From contig OZ242383.1 of NCBI GenBank assembly GCA_965209155.1, forward strand, positions 3,936,001 through 4,000,000: a stretch of DNA of 64,000 nucleotides, in the 5' to 3' direction. Source of the DNA: a bacterium. Lineage in GTDB: Bacteria > SAR324 > NAC60-12. Positions 27,872-38,013 of the stretch are shown here, piece by piece. How positions within the stretch are numbered: position 1 is the stretch's first letter; every line of letters starts with the position of its first letter. The position numbers were made by a program, and so were the translations under genes. The notes beneath the pieces are model-generated. The model did no database searches, had not been told where the DNA came from, and saw only the letters and a list, made by a program, of their open reading frames with translations.

Positions 27872-29353
27872 TTGCTCAATTCGCAAATTTCGAACCGGTC
27901 CCTGCAATCTTTTGAAAGGCCAAAATTCAAGCGACAAATCTACCCGGGTGTTCAGTCTCTGTCACCTTATCTTCTTATTTCACAATTGAAGGAGTTGTGG
28001 CCCGAGGTGTCGAAAGAGTTTTGTTGCGTTTTTCAATATCAAAAAGATCTCCTGTCCCAGACCGGCGCAAATACCGAGTCTTTCTGTGCCATTGGAGCTG
28101 CTGCTGAAATAAGAGTATCGCTCAAAAAAATTCAAATTGAGTACCAGTTTAAAATCGAAAATACCATAATATTTACTCGTAGGATTTCTCACCCCGACAA
28201 TTCTTTGAGCTATACTTTACTCTTTGAGAACTTGAGTATGGTGGTCGAAAAAGCAAAACAAAAATTAGGCCAATATTTTGAATTTGTAGACGAAGATTTA
28301 GCAGCACTTCACTTTTTTGGAGGTTGGAAATCATCGCAAGCCTTTAAAGAAAACAAAGAAATCGCCATTTTTACTTTACCAAAAATGACAATCCATCTCG
28401 GAGAAAGGATAGAAATCGGAAGTTTTTTAGATTCTCACTACCCTACGTTTTTCGAGGAACAAATTAATTTTTCTCAGTCTGTTGGTCTTTTCAATCCGTT
28501 ACCTCTCCATGCATATTCGATTGAGGATACGTCAAATAAATCCGAATATATAAAAAACCTCAAAAATATTCTAGCAACCATCGACAATTCCGGAACCTCC
28601 AAGGTAGTGCTTTCCACAAAAAAAAGTATCTGCTTGCGTGGTTCTCCTCCAGATCCAATTCAACTCTCGTCAATGCTTGCAAGTCGTTATGGGCAAGTCT
28701 ATGATTATTGTTTCCAGTGGAATGCCGGAACGGCCTGGATTGGAGTTTCTCCCGAGGTGCATTTACAAAAATTGCGTCGTCATTTAATCACCAAACCGTT
28801 GGCAGGCACCATTAAAGTCAATAAAATAAAAAACCCACCCTCGATGATTGCTGACTTCCTCAAGGATCCCAAAGAAAATCTGGAACATCAATTGGCCGTC
28901 AAAGAGATGCTGATGGATTTAAAAAATGTTTGCGAATATGAAACGTGGAGCATTCCTTCCAAAAAGAATTTATTACATCTCAGTTATGCGTGTCACATGA
29001 AGAGTGAAATCTATGGCTATTTAAAAGAGGGAGTGGACTCCTTTGAAATATTGCGCTACCTCTATCCTCCGCCGACCATCTGGGGAGTTCCCAAAGATTG
29101 GGGAGGCCAAATTATTCAACAATTTGAGCCCTTTGAACGTGATTTTTTCACTGGTTGTTTGGGATACTTCACAGGAAAAGACGATTCCAATTTTGCTTTG
29201 GTACTGCGCAGTGGACGCTTGGAAGGAAATCGATTGGACATCTTTGCCGGAAGCGGCATCGTTAAAGATTCCGTTCCGCAGTTGGAATGGGAAGAAACCC
29301 AAAACAAGATGAAACCCTTACTATCATTGATCCAACTCAATGCATCACCATAG
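27872..29353 (+). CDS. menF: Chorismate-binding enzyme, probably isochorismate synthase (MenF-like); start uncertain
   Basis: KVVL, SPE, PLAGT, KE..EH, LRSG, FAG.GIV, EWEET..K motifs; men-cluster context. Confidence 0.72.
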   Translation: MLNSQISNRSLQSFERPKFKRQIYPGVQSLSPYLLISQLKELWPEVSKEFCCVFQYQKDLLSQTGANTESFCAIGAAAEIRVSLKKIQIEYQFKIENTIIFTRRISHPDNSLSYTLLFENLSMVVEKAKQKLGQYFEFVDEDLAALHFFGGWKSSQAFKENKEIAIFTLPKMTIHLGERIEIGSFLDSHYPTFFEEQINFSQSVGLFNPLPLHAYSIEDTSNKSEYIKNLKNILATIDNSGTSKVVLSTKKSICLRGSPPDPIQLSSMLASRYGQVYDYCFQWNAGTAWIGVSPEVHLQKLRRHLITKPLAGTIKVNKIKNPPSMIADFLKDPKENLEHQLAVKEMLMDLKNVCEYETWSIPSKKNLLHLSYACHMKSEIYGYLKEGVDSFEILRYLYPPPTIWGVPKDWGGQIIQQFEPFERDFFTGCLGYFTGKDDSNFALVLRSGRLEGNRLDIFAGSGIVKDSVPQLEWEETQNKMKPLLSLIQLNASP

Positions 29354-29362
29354 AAAGGAATT

Positions 29363-30253
29363 ATGGTTTCAGAGATTTTTAACGCAGATCGCTGGAACGT
29401 GGTCTCAGGATTCAAATTTGAAGATATTACGTATCATCGCGCCAAGGACCAAGGTACGGTGCGTATTGCTTTCGATCGTCCGGAAGTGAGAAACGCTTTT
29501 CGACCACAAACGGTGGACGAGCTTTACGTTGCTTTGAACCATGCCAGAGAAAGCAGTGATGTCGGGGTGCTGCTGCTTACCGGAAATGGTCCCTCTCCCA
29601 AGGACCATGGCTGGGCTTTCAGTTCCGGAGGTGATCAAAGAGTGCGAGGTAGAGACGGCTATAAATATGATAACACAGAAAATACCTGCAAAACCGATCT
29701 CGGTCGATTGCATATTTTGGAAGTACAAAGGTTGATCCGATTCATGCCTAAAATTGTCATTGCTTTGGTTCCCGGATGGGCGGTTGGAGGAGGACATAGC
29801 CTCCATCTCGTTTGTGATTTGACACTGGCCAGTAAAGAACACGCTATTTTCAGGCAAACCGATCCCGATGTCGCTAGCTTTGACGGAGGATACGGATCTG
29901 CATACCTCACGCGAATGATTGGCCAAAAACGCGCCAGAGAGATTTTCTTTTTAGGATTTAATTATTCGGCACAAGAAGCGTTTGAAATGGGCATGGTCAA
30001 TAAAGTCGTCCCTCATCGAGATTTGGAACGCGTGGGGCTGGAGTGGGCTGAAATTATTTTGAGTAAAAGTCCAACTGCCCAAAGAATGTTGAAATATGCC
30101 TTCAATCTCGTCGATGATGGAATGGTGGGACAACAATTGTTTGCCGGGGAAGCCACACGATTGGCCTATGGCACAGCCGAAGCGCAAGAAGGTAGAGACG
30201 CATTCCTCGAAAAACGTGAACGTGAATTTTTTAAGTTTCCCTGGCATTTCTAA
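29363..30253 (+). CDS. menB: 1,4-dihydroxy-2-naphthoyl-CoA synthase MenB
   Basis: RPEVRNAFRP.TV, SGGDQ, VGGGH.LH.VCDLT, SFDGGYGS, EGRDAFLEKR. Confidence 0.97.
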   Translation: MVSEIFNADRWNVVSGFKFEDITYHRAKDQGTVRIAFDRPEVRNAFRPQTVDELYVALNHARESSDVGVLLLTGNGPSPKDHGWAFSSGGDQRVRGRDGYKYDNTENTCKTDLGRLHILEVQRLIRFMPKIVIALVPGWAVGGGHSLHLVCDLTLASKEHAIFRQTDPDVASFDGGYGSAYLTRMIGQKRAREIFFLGFNYSAQEAFEMGMVNKVVPHRDLERVGLEWAEIILSKSPTAQRMLKYAFNLVDDGMVGQQLFAGEATRLAYGTAEAQEGRDAFLEKREREFFKFPWHF

Positions 30254-30337
30254 ATGAGGCATCGAGAAAGATGCAGAATGAAATTTTGAAAACAATCGAA
30301 GGCATCAATTTCTTTCTGTCAATTCAAAATCCTTGCA

Positions 30338-31447
30338 ATGGACATTCAAACAATTCAAATTTTTCGATATCAACTTCCTTTTGTCAAACCCCATATTCTT
30401 GGGAAAGAAAAGTGCTATGGAAGAGAGGGATTGATCGTCCGCTTAGTTGCTTCTGAAACCATTCATGCTTTTGGAGAAATAGCACCGCTACCCGGTTTTA
30501 GCAGGGAGACCCTCGCAGAGAGTGAAAGTAAACTCATTCGCGTTTGCCAGTCCCTCTCAGACCATTCAATCCCTGAAGACCTCTATCAACTCCAGGAAAT
30601 CATCAGTCATCTACTACCTGATATCGAAACAATTCCTTCCGTCAGGTTTGGTCTGCAAATGGCTATACTCAATCTCCTTTCGGCAGTCCAACAGCGCCCA
30701 GTTGCCCAATTGCTTCGTTCAGACTGTCAGTTGTCACTCGAAATGATTCCTCTACTCACAGGTACGCCTGATAAAATAAGGGCTAAAGCTACCGAAATAG
30801 CCTCCATCCCTCATTTGAAGAGCGTGAAAATCAAAGTGGGTAGGTATCCCGTGCAAGATGAAATCAATTTGATTCGAGACCTTCGTAAAATCTTGGGTGC
30901 CAGGCAAATTCGCTTGGATGCCAATCGCCTGTGGAATCTGGAAACAGCAATCCGTTTTGGAAACCACGTCGTGGATTGTGATGTTTTATATGTAGAAGAA
31001 CCTCTTCCCCAACTCGACCAGTGCCTGCAATTTGCTCACAAAACAGGTATCGGCTTTGCTTTGGATGAGACGTTGCACCATGCAAATTATCAGTTTGAAT
31101 GGCAAAAAGGATTGCGGGCCTTGATTGTGAAACCAATGCTGATGGGAAATATTGAAAAAATCATGAAAATCGCGCAAGATGCGCGATCGCATCATATTCC
31201 CACCATTATCAGTTCCTCATATGAAAGTAGCCTGGGACTGACCATGTTGGCAAATTTGGCAGCAGCAATCGATTCCGATGTGCCGGTGGGATTGGATACT
31301 TATGGTATGTTTCAACATGATCTCCTGGAACCAGGATTTTGCCACAAGAACGGGACTCTCTCTCTGAAATTGCTGGAATCGAGAAAAAATTGCATTCAAA
31401 ATTTTCGCTTGAAATTGCTTTGGCAAAGCAAACCGGCTTCCAGTTAA
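30338..31447 (+). CDS. menC: o-succinylbenzoate synthase MenC
   Basis: GEIAPLPGFS.E, KIKVG, RLDAN, EEP, ALDE, SS.ESSLG, GLDT. Confidence 0.93.
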   Translation: MDIQTIQIFRYQLPFVKPHILGKEKCYGREGLIVRLVASETIHAFGEIAPLPGFSRETLAESESKLIRVCQSLSDHSIPEDLYQLQEIISHLLPDIETIPSVRFGLQMAILNLLSAVQQRPVAQLLRSDCQLSLEMIPLLTGTPDKIRAKATEIASIPHLKSVKIKVGRYPVQDEINLIRDLRKILGARQIRLDANRLWNLETAIRFGNHVVDCDVLYVEEPLPQLDQCLQFAHKTGIGFALDETLHHANYQFEWQKGLRALIVKPMLMGNIEKIMKIAQDARSHHIPTIISSSYESSLGLTMLANLAAAIDSDVPVGLDTYGMFQHDLLEPGFCHKNGTLSLKLLESRKNCIQNFRLKLLWQSKPASS

Positions 31448-31715
31448 TTCAAATGTTGCTTACCTTCCCTTGCACAAGTGGAAAAATTTTAAGGATGAAT
31501 CCACGGTCCTCAAACGATTCTTCAGGTTGGCTGATTTAACCAGAAACAGCATGAACCTGAACCTCTTGTTCCAAGCGCTCTTGCTGAACGTTAGCGTGCG
31601 ACAAGAGGTCGTTTGTCCCAATGGTACAAACTTGACGAAGAAAAAAAATAGCGATTCTCCGGAAGGAAAAAGTGACGGTCTCCTCCCCGTTTTCACGAGG
31701 ACAATTTTGGTGTGC

Positions 31716-32657
31716 TTACCTATTGAAAGGATTAATCAGCCGGGCGAGGAGGCCTCGTTTGCGTTTCGCAGCGGTACCGTAACTGCCCTCACCACCTCGC
31801 AGTCGGGGATCGAGCAGATCGCGCATGGCATCGCCAAACATGTTGAGGGAATAGACGGTAATCGTCAGGCAAAGCCCTGGCCAGAGCGCCAGCCAGGGGG
31901 CCTGCTCCATGTATAGACGTCCTTCCCGACTGAGCAGACCTCCCCAGCTGGGAAACTCGACGGGCAGCCCGAATCCGAGGAAGCTCAGCGACGCCTCGGC
32001 AATGATGACCCCACCAATGTTGATGCTGAAGACGATGATGATCGGTGCCATGATATTGGGCAGGACATGGCGGATCAGGATCAGGCTCGTGGGGGTGCCC
32101 ACCGCTTTGGCTGCCAGAAAATAGTCATTCTCTTTGATACCGATCACGGCGCTTCTGATGGTTCTGGAACCCCCGATGCCTCCGGATACGCCCAGGACCA
32201 CGATAATCTGGAGGAGACCCTGGCCGACGATGGACATGATGGTTAACAAGAGCAGCAGTCCCGGGAAAGCCATCCAGGCATCGACAAAGCGCTGCATCAC
32301 CAGGTCCGGTTTGCCACCCAGGAATCCGGAAGTGCCACCGATCAGGACCGCGACGATCACATTGAGCGCCGTTGCGGCCAGCCCGACGGATAACGAAATG
32401 CGCGCCCCGACGATCAGGCGGCTCAGGAGGTCTCGTCCCAAATGGTCAGTCCCCAGGAGATACCGGGCAGAGGAGCCCTGCATCCTGTCTGGAAGGTGTC
32501 GTTTTCCATATTCATGGGGTGCTAGAACTTCGGCAAAGATCGCCACCACAATAAAGAGCAAGACGATCATCCCGCAGGCCGTCCCCAAGGGCTTCTCCCG
32601 CCATAGCCTGATCAAGAAATCCGCAAACCGACCCCGTCGCTTAGGCTCACTACTCAT
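31716..32657 (-). CDS. ABC permease DppC/OppC-like, unit 5
   Basis: DppC motifs; the ATG overlaps the end of dppB5. Confidence 0.95.
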   Translation of the reverse strand: MSSEPKRRGRFADFLIRLWREKPLGTACGMIVLLFIVVAIFAEVLAPHEYGKRHLPDRMQGSSARYLLGTDHLGRDLLSRLIVGARISLSVGLAATALNVIVAVLIGGTSGFLGGKPDLVMQRFVDAWMAFPGLLLLLTIMSIVGQGLLQIIVVLGVSGGIGGSRTIRSAVIGIKENDYFLAAKAVGTPTSLILIRHVLPNIMAPIIIVFSINIGGVIIAEASLSFLGFGLPVEFPSWGGLLSREGRLYMEQAPWLALWPGLCLTITVYSLNMFGDAMRDLLDPRLRGGEGSYGTAAKRKRGLLARLINPFNR

Positions 32658-33603
32658 ACCGCACCCTCGGATCCAAGAAGGCATAAAGCAGGTCGATCAT
32701 GAGATTGATCCCAATCACTGCGGTTCCGAAAAACAGGTTGATTCCGGAGACTACCGGGTAGTCTCTGTCATTGAGGGCATCCAGCAGGAGACGACCGAGT
32801 CCCGGCAGGTTGAAGATGTTCTCGATAATCACGGAGCCTCCGACCAGGATTGGCACCTGGAGGCCGATGGTGGTCACGATCGGGATGAAGGCATTCTTGA
32901 CGGCGTGTCTCACGACAACCACCCGCTCCTTGAGACCCTTGGACCAGGCGGTGCGGATATAGTCTTGCCTGAGCACCTCCAGCATCATCGTGCGCGTCAT
33001 CCGCATGGTGGTGGCGGCAAGGTAGGTCCCCAGAATCAGGCTGGGGATGAAGAACATCCCCAGATTCCCCAGCGGGTCTTCACTGAACGTAATCAGCCGC
33101 ATCGGCGGGGACCAGCCCCACCAGATAGACGGGTAGATTATCACCATGAGGGCGAGCCAGAAGTTGGGCGTTGCCAGGCCCAGGATGGCGATGGAGCGGC
33201 CGGCGTAGTCCACGGCCGTATCCTGGCGAATCGCCGAGTAGATGCCGACGGGGAGCGCGATCACCAGCCCGATGACGATGGACATGACACCCAGCTCAAG
33301 GGTGACTGGCAATCTCCCCAATATCTTCTCCTCTACCGACCAAACGCCCATCAGGGAGTCGCCCAGGGTGCCGTGCCGGAGAATATCTCCCATCCAGCGT
33401 CCATACTGCACGTAGACAGGCACGTCCAGTCCCAGCATACGCTCAAGAGCTTCACGGTCAATGTCGCCATCCCAATCCATCTTAGCCACCATGACGTCTA
33501 TGACATCGCCCGGGATGAAGCGGACCGCGAGAAAGACCAGGATGCTCAGGATGAACAGGGTGGGGATGACCAGCAACAATCGCCTGATGATATAGGCTCT
33601 CAT
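32650..33603 (-). CDS. ABC permease DppB/OppB-like, unit 5
   Basis: DppB motifs; ends FLDPRVRYE. Confidence 0.95.
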   Translation of the reverse strand: MRAYIIRRLLLVIPTLFILSILVFLAVRFIPGDVIDVMVAKMDWDGDIDREALERMLGLDVPVYVQYGRWMGDILRHGTLGDSLMGVWSVEEKILGRLPVTLELGVMSIVIGLVIALPVGIYSAIRQDTAVDYAGRSIAILGLATPNFWLALMVIIYPSIWWGWSPPMRLITFSEDPLGNLGMFFIPSLILGTYLAATTMRMTRTMMLEVLRQDYIRTAWSKGLKERVVVVRHAVKNAFIPIVTTIGLQVPILVGGSVIIENIFNLPGLGRLLLDALNDRDYPVVSGINLFFGTAVIGINLMIDLLYAFLDPRVRYE

Positions 33604-33608
33604 CAACC

Positions 33609-35459
33609 CTAATGCCCCATTTCTTTCTTCAGCTCACTGTCAATCCAGAGGCGGGATAAGATAGAACGATCCATATATGAAAGCCAGACTTCACCGTTAA
33701 AGCCGATGACCCACGGCTGGTGCGCCATGTAGCTTCCAGCTTTAGGACCCCATATCCACCAGTGGTTCTTTATAGTGTACATATCCACCTCTTTGACCAG
33801 CTCCTGCCGCTCCTCTTCGGAAGTAGTGGCTTCGGCGGCTTCAATAAGGGCATCCAACTCAGGGTACCGGATTCCGTGTAAGTCTGTACCGCTCGAGTGT
33901 ACGATGTTGCGTACTTCAGACAACGGAGGATTATTGCTGCCCAAAAGGTGAAACATCAGACCTTCCCAAGTACGGTTTACTCGAGTAGCGCCACCACTTG
34001 CTTCATCCAATACGTTGATCTTTACATCAACGCCAATATCAGCCCAGTAGGTGGCAGCTAATTCACTATAACCTAAATCAAATCTATGGAAATGGTTCAA
34101 CACGGTCTTGAATCGAGTTCCGTCGGCGCCGCGGGGGTATCCTGCCTCATCAAGGAGCTTCCCGGCAGCTTCCGGGTCATACCGGTAGTATTGCTTGACC
34201 TCTTCGGGCCACTCTTCAAAGGGGGTGAAATACCCGGTGATGCCTTCCCCTATCAGCCCCTGAGGCTGCCACATTGCCGTGCCCTTGTAGTAGGTATTGT
34301 TAATGCCCTTGAGGTCTAGAGCCATCTGCATCGCCTGGCGCACCCTGACATCGTCAAAAGGCGGCTTGCTCGCGTCCGGAGCATAACTTTGGTCCGAACG
34401 GTGAAACACCGGGTGCAGCACGATTTCGGGGTTGCTCTTCCGGAGGCTCTCGACTACTTCGACCGATACTATATGCGCCCAACCAGCAGGGGCACCGATG
34501 AAATCAATCTTACCAGAGCGCAGTCCCGCCAGACGGGTCGCTTTCTCCATGATGAAAAGGCCCTGCATCTCGTCAATATAGGGCAGACGATTCCCCGGAT
34601 ACTTCTCGTCGTCTTTCCAGTAGCCAGTATTCTTCTGCAAGGTAAAGGAGCTGCCCTCGGTCCAGTCTGTAAGGAAATAGGGCCCGGTACCGACCAAATT
34701 CCTCCAGTCCTTCACGTCACCGTACTGCTGGATGACCTCAGGGGCGTTCATATAGGTAAGGCTCATGCCGAGATACTTTACAAGAGCATCGCTGCTAGGC
34801 TCGGCCAGCTTGATAACAACCGTGTATCTGTCGGTGGCCGTTACCGACTCGCCAGGTGGCTGCTGATACTTAAAAGGGCTCGGTCCGGCTTCGGCAAAGT
34901 CGCCCAAGCCCAGCAGTCGCTGAAAGTTGAATTCGACATCAGCAGCAGTAAACTCTCTCCCGTTCATCGGTGCCTTGTTTTGCCAATTAACCCCTTTGCG
35001 GATTTTAAAGATAATCGTCAGGGGGTCGGGCGTGTCCCAGCTCTCAGCCAGATGCGGTCTAAAGAGGGATAGAGGCTGGTAATTGCTTTTGAAGGAAAAT
35101 ACGTCCCTATCTATTGCCCAGTCCATGTTTCCCAGCTTCTCTACAGTGTGGCCGGAGACCAATGCTGCGATAGACCAGAAATGGGTGTCAGCATTCTCTG
35201 GCTCGGATTCCAAGACAAAGGTCAATGTCCCGCCATACTCAGGTGCACTCACCATTTTACCAGTGGTCGGATCTTTGACCATCTTCTTCTCAGCCCCAAC
35301 GGCCGAACTGACCCCGAGGGTGGCCACCATCAGGATGAAAGCCAGCAGGGTTGTCCTGAAGGTTGATTTGCTTTTTTGTCGATTCATTTGATTCCTTTCT
35401 GCTTTTTGATTAAAAAGCCAAGATGAAGGGTTGTTTGGAATAGCGATTTTCGATTTCAT
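33609..35459 (-). CDS. ABC substrate-binding protein family 5, unit 5
   Basis: PHLAESW, IRKGV.W, VGTGPY, PPFDDVRVRQA; shared MKSKIAI... leader. Confidence 0.93.
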   Translation of the reverse strand: MKSKIAIPNNPSSWLFNQKAERNQMNRQKSKSTFRTTLLAFILMVATLGVSSAVGAEKKMVKDPTTGKMVSAPEYGGTLTFVLESEPENADTHFWSIAALVSGHTVEKLGNMDWAIDRDVFSFKSNYQPLSLFRPHLAESWDTPDPLTIIFKIRKGVNWQNKAPMNGREFTAADVEFNFQRLLGLGDFAEAGPSPFKYQQPPGESVTATDRYTVVIKLAEPSSDALVKYLGMSLTYMNAPEVIQQYGDVKDWRNLVGTGPYFLTDWTEGSSFTLQKNTGYWKDDEKYPGNRLPYIDEMQGLFIMEKATRLAGLRSGKIDFIGAPAGWAHIVSVEVVESLRKSNPEIVLHPVFHRSDQSYAPDASKPPFDDVRVRQAMQMALDLKGINNTYYKGTAMWQPQGLIGEGITGYFTPFEEWPEEVKQYYRYDPEAAGKLLDEAGYPRGADGTRFKTVLNHFHRFDLGYSELAATYWADIGVDVKINVLDEASGGATRVNRTWEGLMFHLLGSNNPPLSEVRNIVHSSGTDLHGIRYPELDALIEAAEATTSEEERQELVKEVDMYTIKNHWWIWGPKAGSYMAHQPWVIGFNGEVWLSYMDRSILSRLWIDSELKKEMGH

Positions 35460-35899
35460 AAGATTCTCCTTAAAAAATAAATGGTAGCTATTCAGGTCTC
35501 TGAAAAACCCGTTTAGTTAAATATCATTAAAAAGATTCCCGGAGAGGAGCGATCGTTTTCAAGTCCTCCCACGATATGGTTCCATCGATCGGGAATCTTC
35601 TCTTTCACTAAAACAACTTTAGTGAAGGTATGATTTTGGCAATATATATATTTAGCTTAATGTCAACCCCCAAATGAAAAAAATGCAGGATTCGTAAAAA
35701 AAATTAAAAATCTATCAATCAGGGAGATCCGCTTCTTTACGATCATGAGCCAAAAAGCGAAGGTTCATTCCACAATCCCATGTTTTTTTCAATGGCGATA
35801 ATGATCGTAAGCGCTTTGCTTGGGAGGTAAATCAGAGTGTTAAGCGCTCTTGCTTCCATGGCTCTCGTTCTTTTTCAAAGAGTTGACTGGCTTCTTGAA
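35460..35899 (-). promoter_or_regulatory. Shared dppA upstream module (intact copy)
   Basis: Near-identical to 22869-23266; the distal part also matches 16462-16660. Confidence 0.8.
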
Positions 35900-36169
35900 A
35901 AGCCTCGAGGTGGGGAATTGATGAAAGGGAATCAATTTATTTTTGAACTTTCGAGAGCATAAAGTCCTTTCTGGATTCTACGCCACGCAAAATCTGTGCT
36001 TAAATCGATGGGTTCTCTGAAGATACCTGAATAGTTACTTCAGGATTAAATTGGAATTCTACAGAACCTTATAATCTTTATTTTTCGTATTGAAAAATTT
36101 TATTTTATCCTCTATTTTTCAGAGGAAATGATTTCGGTCGGACTTTATGCAATCAAAGGAGTACGTTCA

Positions 36170-37291
36170 ATGAAAATCACCAATGTCAAAGTAGAACTCT
36201 TCAGTTGGAAATCGGAACCATGGAACGTGGGAAGACCGGGTAAAACCCCCATAGGCAGTTCCTTTGGTCAAACCAAACAACTGGGAATCGTAACGGTTGA
36301 AACCGATGAAGGGATCAGCGGCAATGCTTTTCTGGGAAACTCACAAATTGGTGCGGATCATTTTGTTCCAGGTCTCCTCGAATTCATCAAACCCCGAATC
36401 ATGGGACGTAATCCCCAAGACATTGGTAAACTCTGGGGCGAGATGTGGAAACGCAGTCGCCTGGTATCACCCCACCTCATTGGAGCAATCGATATCTGTT
36501 TGTGGGATATCAACGGTAAGCTTGCCGGGATGCCTGTTCACCGACTGATCGGCACTTGCAAGGATGAAGTACCCGCCTATTCCAGTACGGCGTATCATGA
36601 GACTATAGAAGGTTATGTAGAAGAGGCTATCCACTTCAAAGAATCGGGCTGGACTGCGCACAAGATTCACCCCCACGGTGACCCGAAGACTGACATCGAA
36701 ATTTGCCGTGCAGTGCGGGAGGCTGTGGGAGATGAGATGAAGCTGATGCTTGACTCGATGTGGGCCTACTCATATGAGGATGCTCTGCGGGTGGGACGAG
36801 CGATTGAAGCACTTAACTATTATTGGTACGAAGATCCCTTGTTGGAAGAAGATATTTACAATTATGTCAAGCTCAACAGCAAACTGGACATCCCCCTTAT
36901 TTGCACCGAATTCGCCCCTGGACGCTTATATGGCATGGCTACATGGATCACGCAAAATGCCACGGATATGTTACGGGGCGACGTGGCAATCACAGGAGGT
37001 ATCACTCCTTTGATCCGGCTTTGTCATCTCGCAGATGGGTTCCACATGAAATGCGAAATTCATCATGGTGGAAATTCACTGAATAACGTGGCCAATTTAC
37101 ATGTCACGATGGCAGTGCCCAATTGTGAATTTTACGAAGTTTTTCCTTGCACCGGGGCCAATAAATATGGCTTGGTATCAGACATTGAAGTAGACGATAA
37201 AGGTCTGGTATATGCGCCCACCAAGCCTGGATTGGGATATGAAATCGATTGGGATCTCGTCAAAAGGGAACACACGGCGACTGCTGAATAA
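36170..37291 (+). CDS. Mandelate racemase/muconate lactonizing enzyme family protein
   Basis: V.VETDEG, AIDI.LWD..GK, KIH, MLD, YEDP, PGLG; AAGGAG RBS. Confidence 0.9.
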   Translation: MKITNVKVELFSWKSEPWNVGRPGKTPIGSSFGQTKQLGIVTVETDEGISGNAFLGNSQIGADHFVPGLLEFIKPRIMGRNPQDIGKLWGEMWKRSRLVSPHLIGAIDICLWDINGKLAGMPVHRLIGTCKDEVPAYSSTAYHETIEGYVEEAIHFKESGWTAHKIHPHGDPKTDIEICRAVREAVGDEMKLMLDSMWAYSYEDALRVGRAIEALNYYWYEDPLLEEDIYNYVKLNSKLDIPLICTEFAPGRLYGMATWITQNATDMLRGDVAITGGITPLIRLCHLADGFHMKCEIHHGGNSLNNVANLHVTMAVPNCEFYEVFPCTGANKYGLVSDIEVDDKGLVYAPTKPGLGYEIDWDLVKREHTATAE

Positions 37292-37370
37292 AGAGTAGAA
37301 TTAAATTGGATGATATTTAAATCAGATTTTTTTTGACTGAATGTAATCGAATAAACGAAAGGAAACCTGG

Positions 37371-37691
37371 ATGTTTTTTGAATTACGCCAATACCGCATG
37401 AAGGCAGGGCAGAAGGAAAATTGGGTACAGTATATGGAAAAGGAGATTATCCCCTACCAAGTCTCAAAAGGGATGGTCATTTTAGGAAGTTTTGTTGCTC
37501 AAGAAGAAAAAGACCTTTACGTCTGGATTCGACGATTTGAAAGCGAAGAAGAACGCAAGCGATTGTATGAAGCCGTTTACGAAAACGATTATTGGAAAAA
37601 TGAAATCGGTCCACGTGTGGTTGAAATGATTGATCCCGATGAAATCCACGTCACCCGATTGGAAGCCACCCCGAAGTCCGTCATTCAATAG
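37371..37691 (+). CDS. NIPSNAP family protein
   Basis: FELRQY...G, YVWIRRFESE.ER motifs. Confidence 0.85.
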   Translation: MFFELRQYRMKAGQKENWVQYMEKEIIPYQVSKGMVILGSFVAQEEKDLYVWIRRFESEEERKRLYEAVYENDYWKNEIGPRVVEMIDPDEIHVTRLEATPKSVIQ

Positions 37692-37861
37692 CGATAGTTT
37701 GGAAACCCTGCAGACTCAAATCTTTACTTAAAACTCCAAACTTCCAAGCTCGACCCCGTCATTACATATAAAAACGCATTGACGACGGTATGCTTGCAAT
37801 GTACATTCCTGGCTCCCTGGACAGCGTAATGCTTAAAAAATGTTCAAAGTTTTTCTGCAAG

Positions 37862-37950
37862 TTCGTCCATGAAGTTCCCCACCTGTCGGGTTGTGTTTGA
37901 TCTTGTCCTATTTTCTGTGTTACCCATTGAAATATTACACTATTTCATCA
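37862..37950 (-). mobile_element. Degenerate left-end remnant of the same IS1380-like family as 7482-8295
   Basis: Reverse complement aligns to 7525-7612 (AGTGT.ATATTTCAATGGGTAA...ACACAACCC.ACAGGT...CTTCATGGA). Confidence 0.7.
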
Positions 37951-38013
37951 TGGATGAGATCATTTTCCAAAACCCATCGATCATCTTTGGTTTTACATTT
38001 CATTGAATTGCTC

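Noticed and set aside
32134..33612. 492-aa plus-strand ORF and similar long ORFs (21495-22460, 53144-54127, 55982-57019, 59366-60118)
   Set aside because: Antisense shadows of GC-rich genes with clear family motifs on the other strand.
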